From NCBI GenBank assembly GCA_965214835.1, contig CBDCCK010000002.1:2144001-2208000 (forward strand): a stretch of 64,000 nt of DNA. The letters are read 5' to 3'. This document shows, piece after piece, positions 31,604 to 41,855 of this stretch. The notes below the pieces were generated by a model, which saw nothing but the letters and a program-made list of their open reading frames with translations, was not told the DNA's origin and did not search any database. The translations under genes and the position numbers were made by a program. The stretch is from Nitrosopumilaceae archaeon. GTDB taxonomy: Archaea; Thermoproteota; Nitrososphaeria; Nitrososphaerales; Nitrosopumilaceae. The stretch's first letter is position 1, and each line of letters starts with the position of its first letter.

Positions 31604-32542
31604 CTAGCCTAGCCTTGCAGCCAGTGCCGCGTATATGAATGGCAAAATCGCCGTGGCCTCTGCGTGGATGGTTATCTCCCTTGCCTTGGTGGTGACCTTT
31701 CCCCATGATATTGCCTCCCTGACCAGCGCGCCGCTAAGGCTGCCGTCGAATTCCTGTGCCGTGGTAAGATATACCGCATAGTCAAGCCCCTCCCTGTACT
31801 GGTTCCACCACAGCGTGTGGTGCTTGGATATGCCTCCCCCTATCATCATCGCCCCCGACTTTTGCGCCTTGAATACGTGCCCGGATAACAGGCCCGCATC
31901 CGAAATCAGATCCAGTCCAAAGTCCGGGTGCTTTTGCGCAAACATCCAGACCTGGCTTCCCACTGCCCCGTCCATGATGCCTGGAACCACCACTGGGATC
32001 TCGTTTTTGTATGCCCAGTAGAGAAAAGAGCCCTCCCCAAGATGCCGTCCAATCATCCTTGTAATGTCTGCAGTGGACATTTCTCTGATGCCTTTTTGAT
32101 ACTCCTCCTCTAGAAACTCTTGCATTTTTTCCTCGATTAGCGGGCCGTAACTGTTCATTGGAACCAGAACGCTGCCCAGCCTGTGAATGTCCTGCTCTGC
32201 CAGCTCCCTGTCGTCCATTGTAAATGATCCCCCTATATAGTCTGAAAAATTCCTTGCAATGTCGTGATCCAGTGCGCCGCACGTTGTTATGACTATGTCA
32301 AACCACCTGTTTTTCATCATGTCCTTGATTATCCCCCTCAGTCCCGTTGAGACCACTGCGCCAACAAATGACACGAATCGCAGGCATTGCTTGTCTGAAA
32401 TCATTTCATGAAGGATCTCAAGTCCAGTAGACAGGTTGGTGGCCTCAAAACCGCCTGACTGCGACAGCTCCTCGAAGATTCTCCCAACGTCTGTATCCCC
32501 TGAAATGTCTATATCCCTTACGGGCCGGCCTGCCTCTGCCAT
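31604..32542 (-). CDS. dys: Deoxyhypusine synthase
   Basis: STGLRG, GGGISKHH, DGSLSGA..REAISWGK. Confidence 0.95.
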   Translation of the reverse strand: MAEAGRPVRDIDISGDTDVGRIFEELSQSGGFEATNLSTGLEILHEMISDKQCLRFVSFVGAVVSTGLRGIIKDMMKNRWFDIVITTCGALDHDIARNFSDYIGGSFTMDDRELAEQDIHRLGSVLVPMNSYGPLIEEKMQEFLEEEYQKGIREMSTADITRMIGRHLGEGSFLYWAYKNEIPVVVPGIMDGAVGSQVWMFAQKHPDFGLDLISDAGLLSGHVFKAQKSGAMMIGGGISKHHTLWWNQYREGLDYAVYLTTAQEFDGSLSGALVREAISWGKVTTKAREITIHAEATAILPFIYAALAARLG

Positions 32543-32628
32543 GAGTCAAGCTCTGGCTTGCACTATAAAATTCTAAAGTCTGCCTGATTTTCAGCAAGCT
32601 TTAAACCCCCAACGTCCCGCCTTTTGCC

Positions 32629-33732
32629 ATGGCAGGCCGGATAAGGGTGGGTCTTGTAGGCATAGGGAACTGCTTTTCGGGCCTGATTCAGGGCATCGAA
32701 TACTATAGAAAAAATCCCGAGCAGCGCGTTATTGGGATAATACATGACAGGCTAAGCGATTACGGCATTCATGATATTGACTTTGTGTGCGGATTTGACG
32801 TCGGGGAAAACAAGGTTGGCAAGACAATCAACGAGGCAATATACGAGTATCCAAACATGGTAGACTGGATCCCGCGGGAGCAAATGCCAGAAACCGAGGC
32901 CCGGGTCTACGAAAGCCCGGTCTTGGACGGGGTGGGCCTCTGGGTCGAAAATCGCGTGAGGCCGATCAAGAGCGAGAAGACCACCGAGCAGATAGCAGAG
33001 GAGTCTAAAAGGATAATCAGGGAGACCGGCGCCGAAATCATCGTCTCCTACCTGCCGGTGGGCTCTGATGATGCTACGAGGTTCTGGGCCCAGGTCTGCC
33101 TTGAGACGGACACTGCGTTTGTCAACTGTATTCCGTCGTTTATCGCATCCGATGAGGCCTGGGCAAAAAAATTCCGGGAAAAAAACATCCCGTGCATCGG
33201 TGATGACATAAAGGGGCAGGTCGGCGCAACCATCGTCCACAGAACCCTGGCAAAGCTGTGCAACGATCGCGGCACCAAGATTGAAAAGACCTACCAGATC
33301 AACGTCGGCGGCAACACCGACTTTTTGAACATGAAGGAGCAAGAAAGGCTGCTAAGCAAGAAAATCTCAAAGACCGAGAGCGTGCAAAGCCAGCTGGACC
33401 AAAGACTGGACGATGATCAGATATACGTCGGGCCATCTGACTTTATCCCGTTCCTAGGAAACACAAAGCTTATGTTCATGAGGATTGAGGGGAGGCAGTG
33501 GGCGAACATCCCATACAACATGGAGGTCCGGCTGGACGTAGACGACAAGGCAAACTCCGCTGGAATTGTAATTGATGCAGTACGGCTTGCAAAGATCGCA
33601 CTGGACAGGGGCATCGGCGGCCCGATAAGGCCTGCTAGCGCGTACCTGATGAAGCATCCGATCGAGCAAATGTCCGACGTTGCAGCCAAGGTCGCCTGCG
33701 AGGACTTTGTAGCCGGAAGGCAGCAGCCCTAG
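32629..33732 (+). CDS. ino1: Inositol-3-phosphate synthase
   Basis: GIGNC, SYLPVGS, GDDIKGQVGATI, GGNTDFLNM, DKANSAG. Confidence 0.95.
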   Translation: MAGRIRVGLVGIGNCFSGLIQGIEYYRKNPEQRVIGIIHDRLSDYGIHDIDFVCGFDVGENKVGKTINEAIYEYPNMVDWIPREQMPETEARVYESPVLDGVGLWVENRVRPIKSEKTTEQIAEESKRIIRETGAEIIVSYLPVGSDDATRFWAQVCLETDTAFVNCIPSFIASDEAWAKKFREKNIPCIGDDIKGQVGATIVHRTLAKLCNDRGTKIEKTYQINVGGNTDFLNMKEQERLLSKKISKTESVQSQLDQRLDDDQIYVGPSDFIPFLGNTKLMFMRIEGRQWANIPYNMEVRLDVDDKANSAGIVIDAVRLAKIALDRGIGGPIRPASAYLMKHPIEQMSDVAAKVACEDFVAGRQQP

Positions 33733-34207
33733 TCCGAAAGCATGCGCCCCTTGTACCGTGGAACGTCAAGACCTGCCGCATCTGGCGGGCAGCTCCCCAA
33801 TGCTACCGTAGCCATCACACCTTCCACGTGAATCAGGTTCGCGATCAGGGCACTGCCGCCTAACACCCTGCCCTCCATGCTAACATCCGCGATAGGGATT
33901 TCTGTTTGGCGCCTTGACCTGCGCGTGCGTGTACCGGGGATGGGATCTTGCCCCTCAGGCGACACCGGCAGTCTGGGGTCTTTACCACCGTATCCCCTGC
34001 GCCGTACCACGGGGTGCGCCATCTTGCCGCGCAGGCCATCAGGCACCGCAAGCGCCTTTATGCCTTCTGCGGTACGGGGCCTTGCGTATCTTGCTCGCAA
34101 TTACAGGGTGCCTCAGCATGCACTCGGCTAGACTGCTGGCAGGCTCCATGCCCGGATGCAGTAGCCTGTTGAACACATGATAAAAACGCCCCCGCCGTAG
34201 CTAGGGT

Positions 34208-34325
34208 GATGGATCAACCCCTCGTTATGCATGTGCTTCGCGCACTACCTGTTGAATGGGGATATCCGAGCTGCTGTGTTCCTGTGCTACGCGCACTGAT
34301 GGATGAATGCAGCTTCTGATCTGTC
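34208..34325 (+). ncRNA. Predicted bridge RNA with target-binding and donor-binding loops
   Basis: Two stem/internal-loop/hairpin modules; guides GTTATGCA + CCTGTTG match the target, TGTGTTC + ATGGATG match the donor junction; closing stem GATGGATCA/TGATCTGTC. Confidence 0.85.
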
Positions 34326-34358
34326 AAACCATATCCAAAAGGAGGTGAAAGAAAAGGA

Positions 34359-35436
34359 TTGAGAAGCATAGGAATAGACATTGGAAAGAGAAAATGCGCA
34401 GTGTGCGTCATCGACGCCAAGGGACACGTGCTAGAGGAGGGCTCGTATAACAACACGTACAAGGAGGCATCAAAGCTTGCTGCACGACTGAAAAAAGAGT
34501 ACAAAAAGTGCCAGGCCGCGTGCGAGTCAACGGGCAACATGTGGCTAAAGACGTTCAGGGCGTTTGAGGATCAGCATATCCCCATACTGCTTGCAAACAC
34601 CCTCAAGATGAAGATAGTATCAGAGACCAGTGTAAAGACTGACCCGATAGACGCAAGGAAGATAGCCGACACGCTCAGGGCCGGAATGATACCACGATGC
34701 TACGTGGCATCAGCAGAGCTGAGGGATGTCAGGGAGCTGATGAGGTACAGGATACGGATGGTACAGGAGAGGACCGCAGTCATAAACGGGCTGCACAGCT
34801 TGGCTTGACAAGTACGACATAGCCATAGATGCATCCACGATGTACTCCAAGAAGGCCATACGGAAGATCTCCGATACCAGGCTGAGCATGCCAAACGATG
34901 ACAGGATACTGGCAAGCTGCACTAGGAGGATTGTACACGTCACAGAGGAGATAGACCAAGCAGGGGAGGACATAGGAAGACAGGCAGGATCGAACGAGGA
35001 TGCCAAGCTGCTGTTGAGCATGACGGGAATAGACACCTTTGCAGCAATGCTGCTGATAGCAGAGATCGGTGACATAACCAGGTTTCCATCGCCGAACCAG
35101 CTTGTGTCCTGGGCCGGCATGTGTCCCCGGGTGTACCAGTCGGGGGATCGCGAGTACCACGGCCACATGAAAAAGGATGCAAACCGCAGGATCAACTGGC
35201 TGATGATCCAGATAGCCAACGTCGCCGTACAGCACGACGACAGGATGAGGGAGTTCTACGAGAGGGTCCGCAAAAGGAACGGCAACAACCACGTCATAGC
35301 GATAACGCATGTTGCAAACAAGATGCTCAGGATAATCTGGCACATGCTGACGACAAAGACTGCGTATTCATCGCGCAATGCTGCCCTGTACGACAAGAAG
35401 ATCAAGAGGGTGACAGAACTGGCGGGAACGGCATAG
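34359..35436 (+). pseudogene. IS110 DEDD recombinase with +1 frameshift at 34802-34803
   Basis: IGIDIGK, CESTG, KTDPIDA; C-terminal EIGDITRF, YQSG catalytic-Ser motif; GGAGGTG RBS. Confidence 0.88.
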
Positions 35437-35982
35437 GATTGCCACCTTCCTCCCCCACCCACCCACCCAATGATCCGCCCGCACCTCGGCAGGTGCGACA
35501 GGACTGGCTCATGCGTATTGCTAGCGTTAGCTATAAAGCACGGCCCGGCCGACTAGGCACGGATCAGAAGACGAAAGGAACGTCGCCATGTTACTGGCGG
35601 GCGTTTTACCATGGATGCATAACCGTGCCTGAACGCGTAAAAGTAGCCAGTTTTTCGTGCCTAAAATCGGGGTTATGCAACAAGCTAGGATGCAGCGAGT
35701 GTACATAAATCCCGATGCACCCTCAGGCTTTGGTAAAGCTCTTGCATCCGGCCCCTCATTTTTGCCGGATCTTCGGCCTGTCTTATTTTTTGATTGCATC
35801 GATGCCTGGCAGGCAGCGCTGCATCTGAGATGCCCCGATTCTTACCATGCGTGCCGCTTACGAGGGCGTCATGTGCCTGGGAGTGACTGCAACGAGAAAA
35901 TTACGAGCACTACAATAATTGTCATACTAGTCAATTAAACTTGTTCATAACTGATTATCAGCCCAAACTACAACCTTTATCA

Positions 35983-38900
35983 TTGGTACACGTCAAGAAG
36001 GTGGATATTTTTGGCTTCAAGTCGTTTGGGTTCAAGAACACCACCGTCAGTTTTGAGCCCGGCCTGGTGTCGATTTCCGGCCCTAACGGGTCGGGAAAAA
36101 GCAACATACTGGATGCCATTATCTTTGCAATGGGCGAGAACCGTCCCAAGGTCATGAGGGTGGACAGGCTTCGCTCGCTGCTGCACGATATAGAGGGGCA
36201 AAGACGCGGACCAAAGCTGGCCCGCGTAAACGTCACCTTTGACAACTCTGATCGCAAGATCCCCGTGGATTCTGATACCGTGGATATTACCAGGGAGATG
36301 GACGACAAGGGGGACAATACCTACTATCTTAACAAAAAACAGACCAACCGCAGCCGTATCCTAGACCTGCTTGATGTTGCAAACGCCGGACTCAACCAGC
36401 TAAATGCAGTACAGCAGGGAACCGTAACTAGAATCTCCGAGTTTTCTCCTGAGGAAAAAAGGCAGACCATTGAGGATCTGATAGGCCTTTCATACTTTGA
36501 TCAAAAAAAGACCGAGGCCGTAAAACAGCTTGACGAGGCTGACAGGCGGCTGGAGATTGCGCTGGCAAGAATGGGGGAGATCAAAAAGCAAATTGACGAG
36601 CTAGAGGAGGAGCGCAACCAGAAGCTTCGCTACGACGTGCTGGAAGGGGAGATCAGCAGGCTAAACGCAATATCTGCGGCAAGCCAACTAAAAACGATCA
36701 GGGCATCAAAGTCCTCCAAGGAACAGGATCTCGGCGCCGCCGTGGCCGACGGCAGGCGGCTTGATCAGGGGCGGACTGCAATCCGGGATGAGATCAAAAA
36801 ACTCGACGCGGAAAAATCCAGCTTTATGGAGGAGGTAAACGCATACAACCAAGCCAAGGCAACGATTGACTCTGAGCTTAGCGCTGCGATGCGGGCCTAC
36901 GAGGAGGTCAACAGCACCGTGGTGGCCGCAGAGAAAAGGGCCTCCCAAATCGCGCAAAGAGTCCCGGAGGTCAAGGACTCCGTCCAAAGACTGTGCGATG
37001 AGCGCGGCCGGATTGGCTCACAGGCATCTGAAATCAAAGACACCGTGTCTCAAATCGAGGCGTCCCGGGGGCAGATTGACTCTGAGCTCCGGGAGCTAGA
37101 CGACCTGCTCTCTGACGTGCTGGGCCGGCAGTCTGAGATCGCCAAAAAAAAGACCGAGGTTGACGGCAAGATTGGCGCACTGACTGAAAAGCTCAACGCC
37201 AGCAGGGTGGCGCTATCCGGTGCAGAGTCTGAAAAAAACGACACTGACAAGAAAATCTCGTCTACCGTGTCTGCCCAGTCACAATACAAAGACCAGTCAC
37301 GAAAATTCTCAGGGCTTTTGTCAAGCTTTGAGAGAAAGATTCGCAATCATACCAGCTCCATCCGCGAGATAAAGTCCCAGCTGTCCGCCTACGACTCCAA
37401 GCGCGCAAAAATCCAGGGCGAGATTGACGAGATCAATCTGATCTTGGAAAAGTCCACAAAGGCAGCTGCGCAGTATGACACGAAAATCCGCGTAGTCAAA
37501 AGCATAATGCACGAGGATTATTCCATTGCACAACTGCACGAGGACGGGCAAAGACTCGGAATAGACGGACTGGTCTATAAAATGATCTCATGGGATAAAA
37601 AATACGAGCGGGCCGTCCTGGCAGCCGGCGCCGACTGGATAAAGGCCTTCGTTGTCCAGGACTTTGCGACCCTTCTTGGCCTGGCAGAGGTGGCGCGAGA
37701 AAAGAGGCTTCCAAAGCTCAAAATCATCCCCATGGAGGCAATTCCAGACTTTGAGATGTCGCTGCCCGGGGGCGGGGGCGTTCTAGGCGTACTGTCTGAC
37801 TTTGTCAGATCCGGGCCCGAGCATGCAAAGCTGAGGACGTTTTTGTTTGGAAACGTCGTCCTAGTCGACTCGAGGGAGGCAGCCTACAGGGTCTCAAAGT
37901 CCGGTTATCGCGCAGTCACGATGGACGGCGAGCTGTTTGAGGCAAGGGCCAGCGCCGTCATAGTGGACATCAACTCCAAGATCTCAAAGCTTACAAAAAT
38001 CATAACACTGAGCTCGTCCGTTGACGGGTTGCTCCAGTCGATATCCCTGCTGAAAAAATACATAATCAAAAAGAGGCACGGGCTCAGGAGGATAGAGGAC
38101 TCCATCTCCTCTACTAGGGAACGCCTTGGGCTGTCCGAAAAGGAGCTGGCCTCGACTGAGCAGAGCTATTCTGACCTGATGCGGAAGGCAACTGAGATCT
38201 CCGAGATGCTTGCGACCTTTGAGCGCCGGCTGTCTGGATACTCCAAAAGGAGGGAGCTGCTCGTGGCAACTGCCACCAGGGAGGCGTCCGTCATCGAGTC
38301 GCTCGGTGAGCGCATTGCAATGATCCGGGCAGACTATGCAGACGGGGAGCCGTCCAGAGTTGCCAGCGAGCTGGAGAGGATCAGCGAGGGCAAGTCCTCG
38401 CTGGAGCGGAGGCGGACCGACATCCTTGCCGAGCTGGATCGCCACTCCTCGAGACTGGCAGCCGTTAATGCCAACGAGGCAAAGGCGCAGGGCCAGATTG
38501 CCAGCCTTGGGGATGAGATATCGTCCCTCGGGGAGGAAAAGGCCGAGCTGGAGGCCAAGATTCAGGACTCTTCCCGGCTCCGGGAGGAGCACAATGCAAG
38601 GCTCGTCCAGCTCAGGCAAAGGGAGCAGGATCTGATTGCCACCTCTGGAACGTCGGTATCGAGACTCAGGGAGTACGATGACCGGCTGCGTGAGCTAAAC
38701 GACCAGGACAGGGCCATGACACGGCAAATCGGCACCCTTGAGCGCCGATCTGACTCCCTGTCGCGTGATCTGAGGGATCTCGGCGAGCGCGAGGCCGGAC
38801 TGCTCAAAACCCTGGACTCTTTTGGATTTGACGAGAACACCGATACATTTGACGTCGGACCACTGCTGGCAGGCCTGCAGTCCGAGCAGCGCTCCCTTAC

Positions 38901-39504
38901 CGCACTCAACGCCAAGGCCCCAGAGACGTACCTTGAGGTCTCTACCGGGTACCGCTCGATGTCTACCCGGAAGAACTCGCTTGAGGAGGAACGCAACTCC
39001 ATTGTCAGGTTCATCGAGGAGATTGAAAAGGACAAGCGGCAGACCTTCCTTGACGCGTTTGACAGGGTAGACAAGGAGATCCGGAAGATCTTCACAAAGA
39101 TGACCGGGGGCAATGCGTGGCTTGAGCTGCAAAGCGAGGACGACATCTTCTCCTCTGGAATATCCTACCTGATTCAGTTCCCAAACAAGCCAAAGCGCGA
39201 GTCCACCTCGATTAGCGGCGGCGAGAAGACCCTTGCGGCCATCGTGTTTGTGCTGGCACTGCAAAGGCTCAAGCCATCGCCGTTTTACCTGTTCGACGAG
39301 GTAGACGCGCACCTTGACGCGCCAAACTCCGAGCGCCTCTCCAGCATTTTGGAGGAGCGGGCGAGGGAAAGCCAGTTCATCATGGTCTCCCTCAAGGACT
39401 CTGTAGTCCAAAAGGCCAGCCTCATCTACGGCGTGTTCCCAAAAAACGGCGTCTCAAACGTCGTGACCTACAAGGATCGACGCGTGCCCAAGGCCGTCCC
39501 ATAG
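35983..39504 (+). CDS. smc: Chromosome segregation protein SMC
   Basis: GFKSF, GPNGSGKSN, coiled coils and hinge, ISGGEKT, LFDEVDAHLD. Confidence 0.96.
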   Translation: MVHVKKVDIFGFKSFGFKNTTVSFEPGLVSISGPNGSGKSNILDAIIFAMGENRPKVMRVDRLRSLLHDIEGQRRGPKLARVNVTFDNSDRKIPVDSDTVDITREMDDKGDNTYYLNKKQTNRSRILDLLDVANAGLNQLNAVQQGTVTRISEFSPEEKRQTIEDLIGLSYFDQKKTEAVKQLDEADRRLEIALARMGEIKKQIDELEEERNQKLRYDVLEGEISRLNAISAASQLKTIRASKSSKEQDLGAAVADGRRLDQGRTAIRDEIKKLDAEKSSFMEEVNAYNQAKATIDSELSAAMRAYEEVNSTVVAAEKRASQIAQRVPEVKDSVQRLCDERGRIGSQASEIKDTVSQIEASRGQIDSELRELDDLLSDVLGRQSEIAKKKTEVDGKIGALTEKLNASRVALSGAESEKNDTDKKISSTVSAQSQYKDQSRKFSGLLSSFERKIRNHTSSIREIKSQLSAYDSKRAKIQGEIDEINLILEKSTKAAAQYDTKIRVVKSIMHEDYSIAQLHEDGQRLGIDGLVYKMISWDKKYERAVLAAGADWIKAFVVQDFATLLGLAEVAREKRLPKLKIIPMEAIPDFEMSLPGGGGVLGVLSDFVRSGPEHAKLRTFLFGNVVLVDSREAAYRVSKSGYRAVTMDGELFEARASAVIVDINSKISKLTKIITLSSSVDGLLQSISLLKKYIIKKRHGLRRIEDSISSTRERLGLSEKELASTEQSYSDLMRKATEISEMLATFERRLSGYSKRRELLVATATREASVIESLGERIAMIRADYADGEPSRVASELERISEGKSSLERRRTDILAELDRHSSRLAAVNANEAKAQGQIASLGDEISSLGEEKAELEAKIQDSSRLREEHNARLVQLRQREQDLIATSGTSVSRLREYDDRLRELNDQDRAMTRQIGTLERRSDSLSRDLRDLGEREAGLLKTLDSFGFDENTDTFDVGPLLAGLQSEQRSLTALNAKAPETYLEVSTGYRSMSTRKNSLEEERNSIVRFIEEIEKDKRQTFLDAFDRVDKEIRKIFTKMTGGNAWLELQSEDDIFSSGISYLIQFPNKPKRESTSISGGEKTLAAIVFVLALQRLKPSPFYLFDEVDAHLDAPNSERLSSILEERARESQFIMVSLKDSVVQKASLIYGVFPKNGVSNVVTYKDRRVPKAVP

Positions 39505-39582
39505 GATGATCCCCTCTGCATGGTGGATCCCAGACCAGCTGCCGCAATGGCACAGGCAGGATCCCCTGAAACGGACTGCATC

Positions 39583-40545
39583 CTACCTGGAAATATCCAC
39601 AAAGCAGGCGACCGACCTGCCATCCCTCTCCTCCAGGGCGGGCTCTGCACTGCATTTTTCAACCGCGTACGGGCACCTTGCCCTGAACCCACACCCCTGG
39701 CACGCGCCTGCCCCCGGGGACTCCCTGATCCGGATCTCCTTTCTCCTGAACCTGTTTTCGGGGTCTGGTTTGGAGAGCGCGTCAATTAGCGCCTGCGTGT
39801 AGGGGTGCCTCGGGGAGAGCAGGACGTCATCAATGCTGCCCATCTCCACGACCTTTCCCATGTACAGGATCGCAATCCTAGTGCCAAAGAACCTGGCAGT
39901 TGCAAGGTCGTGCGTGATGTATACAAACGTGATGCCGTGCCTCTCCTGCAGGCTCCTCATCAGCTCCAGCACCTCTGCCCTGATGGATACGTCCAACATG
40001 GAGACCGGCTCGTCTGCGATGATTATCTTCGGCCTGAGTGCCAGCGCCCTGGCAAGAACAACCCTCTGCCTCTGTCCGCCCGACAGCATGTGTGGGTACT
40101 TTTGGGCAATCTCCTCTGCCGGCTCCAGCCTTACCTCCCTTAGCACCTCTAGGATCCTGCCCCTGCGCCGGCCCCTGCCTCCAAAACCGTGAATCTCCAG
40201 GGGCTCGGAGACTATGTCCCCGACCCTCATTCTCGGGTTGATTGAGTCGTAGGGATCCTGGTGGATCATCTGGCACTGCAGGCGGATCCTCTCCAGGCTC
40301 CCCGCGTCATCTTTGATCTCCTGGCCCTCAAAGACTATACTTCCAGCGTCTGCCTCCATGGATCTTAAAATCAGCCTCGCAATGGTTGATTTTCCAGAAC
40401 CCGACTCGCCTGCAATCACGAATACCTCCCCCCGTCTGACAGAAAACGATATGCCGTCATTTGCCTTTACCGTAGTGGCTTTCCCAAAGACGGATTTTTT
40501 TATAAAGTATTTTTTTAGTCCCTCGACCCTCAGGATTTCGTCCAA
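39583..40545 (-). CDS. Oligopeptide/dipeptide ABC transporter ATP-binding protein
   Basis: GESGSGKST, LSGGQRQR, ADEP, HPYT, C-terminal Cys cluster. Confidence 0.92.
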   Translation of the reverse strand: MDEILRVEGLKKYFIKKSVFGKATTVKANDGISFSVRRGEVFVIAGESGSGKSTIARLILRSMEADAGSIVFEGQEIKDDAGSLERIRLQCQMIHQDPYDSINPRMRVGDIVSEPLEIHGFGGRGRRRGRILEVLREVRLEPAEEIAQKYPHMLSGGQRQRVVLARALALRPKIIIADEPVSMLDVSIRAEVLELMRSLQERHGITFVYITHDLATARFFGTRIAILYMGKVVEMGSIDDVLLSPRHPYTQALIDALSKPDPENRFRRKEIRIRESPGAGACQGCGFRARCPYAVEKCSAEPALEERDGRSVACFVDISR

Positions 40546-40587
40546 CACTGAAGGGTTGCTCCATGCCTGTATATCAAGAAGCTGCAT

Positions 40588-40673
40588 GGTACGTACAGTT
40601 GAAGACCGAGCGTTTTTTTATCAAGGCAGGCACGATGTGCCAAAATCATGGCCTGCATTTTTGATGTGCACAC
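40588..40673. repeat. Degenerate MITE family H copy
   Basis: CAGTTGAA...GCACGATGTGCCAAAATCATG...TTTTTGATGTGC similar to 18076-18160. Confidence 0.6.
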
Positions 40674-40685
40674 CAGCAGAAATCC

Positions 40686-40776
40686 GTAAGAGTTTGCCCC
40701 ATAGGCGACACTGCAGACTAGGTACTTGATCATCGTGCCTGCCGTACCGCATCCTCTGGAGGGGGCAAGCTCTTGC
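40686..40776. mobile_element. MITE family A, 91 bp
   Basis: GTAAGAGTTTGCCCC / GGGGCAAGCTCTTGC; 9-bp flanking direct repeat CAGAAATCC. Confidence 0.88.
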
Positions 40777-40829
40777 CAGAAATCCGCCCACAAGGCATTT
40801 ATCCTCAAAGGTAAGAGGGTACTAATCAC

Positions 40830-41855
40830 ATGATTCCCGGAACCTTCCAAAAGCACGCGCATCATCAAAGACACATGGTCAGCGACCGCCTGTGCTATCT
40901 CAGGCCCAATGACGGCCACAGGGAGCAGAGCATGGCAGACGAGCTGTCGCACAGCCTGCGGCAGAACCCCAAGTTCATCCCACCCAAGTTCTTCTATGAC
41001 CGGCGCGGCTCGGAGCTGTTCGAGAAGATCTGTGATCTGCCCGAATACTATCTGACCCGGACGGAGATTGGGATTTTGTCGCGTGTGCGGCACGAGCTGG
41101 CCGAGTTTTTGGACGGCGACTTTCGCCTCGTTGAGCTGGGCAGCGGCTCGTCGGTCAAGACCCGTTATATTCTAGACGCCCTAGAGCGATCCCAGGCATC
41201 ACTTGCGTACGTCCCGATTGACATCTCTGAATTCCTGGAGGCGGGGGCATCTGACCTGCTGGAAAGGTACCCCACGCTGGACATCACCGGGATAATCGAT
41301 ACCTATGAGGGCGGGCTGGGGTTCATCAGGGATCATGATGACTCGCAAAACCTGATTGCGTTTTTTGGCTCAAGCTTTGGCAACTTCCCGTTTCGGGAGG
41401 GCAGGCAATTTCTCAGAACCGTTTGCGACTCCATGGGGGACGGTGACCTCTTTTTGATAGGACTGGATCTGGTAAAGGAGCGAGGCGTGCTGGAGAGTGC
41501 ATACAATGACGCACAAGGCATAACGGCGCAGTTCAACCTCAATGTCCTTGAGCGGATCAACCGCGACCTAGATGCGAACTTTGACCTGGACGGCTTTTCA
41601 CACCATTCTGTCTACAACGAAGGAAAGCAGCGAATCGAGATGCATCTAAGATCCCTGAGGGAGCAAAGCGTTACGATCCCGGGGGCGAACCTTTCCCTCC
41701 GTCTTGGGAGGGGCGAGCTGATCCACACTGAGAACTCGCACAAGTTCTCAATTCCACAGATCGACTCGCTGATGACCCAGACCGGCTTTGAAATCATAAG
41801 GCTGTGGCAGGACTCTGGCAGGAGGTTTGCCGTGCTTTTGCTTGCCAAAAACTAG
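40830..41855 (+). CDS. egtD: L-histidine N-alpha-trimethyltransferase
   Basis: PKFFYDRRGSELFEKICDLPEYYLTRTE, ELGSGS, AYNDAQGITAQFNLN, IHTENSHKF. Confidence 0.93.
   Translation: MIPGTFQKHAHHQRHMVSDRLCYLRPNDGHREQSMADELSHSLRQNPKFIPPKFFYDRRGSELFEKICDLPEYYLTRTEIGILSRVRHELAEFLDGDFRLVELGSGSSVKTRYILDALERSQASLAYVPIDISEFLEAGASDLLERYPTLDITGIIDTYEGGLGFIRDHDDSQNLIAFFGSSFGNFPFREGRQFLRTVCDSMGDGDLFLIGLDLVKERGVLESAYNDAQGITAQFNLNVLERINRDLDANFDLDGFSHHSVYNEGKQRIEMHLRSLREQSVTIPGANLSLRLGRGELIHTENSHKFSIPQIDSLMTQTGFEIIRLWQDSGRRFAVLLLAKN

Larger units (their letters stand above)
34172..35617 (+). mobile_element. IS110-family element with IS1111-like sub-terminal IRs
   Basis: Sub-TIRs CATGATAAAAACGCCC / GGGCGTTTTACCATG; TG core at both junctions (34170-34171, 35616-35617). 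Confidence 0.9.
34162..35687. mobile_element. MITE family G (80 bp when reconstructed), left TIR split by IS110
   Basis: Reconstructed TIRs TAGCCTGTTGCATAACC / GGTTATGCAACAAGCTA; 8-bp TSD GGATGCAG at 34154-34161 and 35688-35695. Confidence 0.85.
33945..35760 (-). pseudogene. Degenerate 3' part of an IS66 type-1 transposase, split by MITE G and IS110
   Basis: HPGMEPASSLAECMLR similar to YPGMEPTNNLAERMLR; similarity resumes at 35688-35760. Confidence 0.7.
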
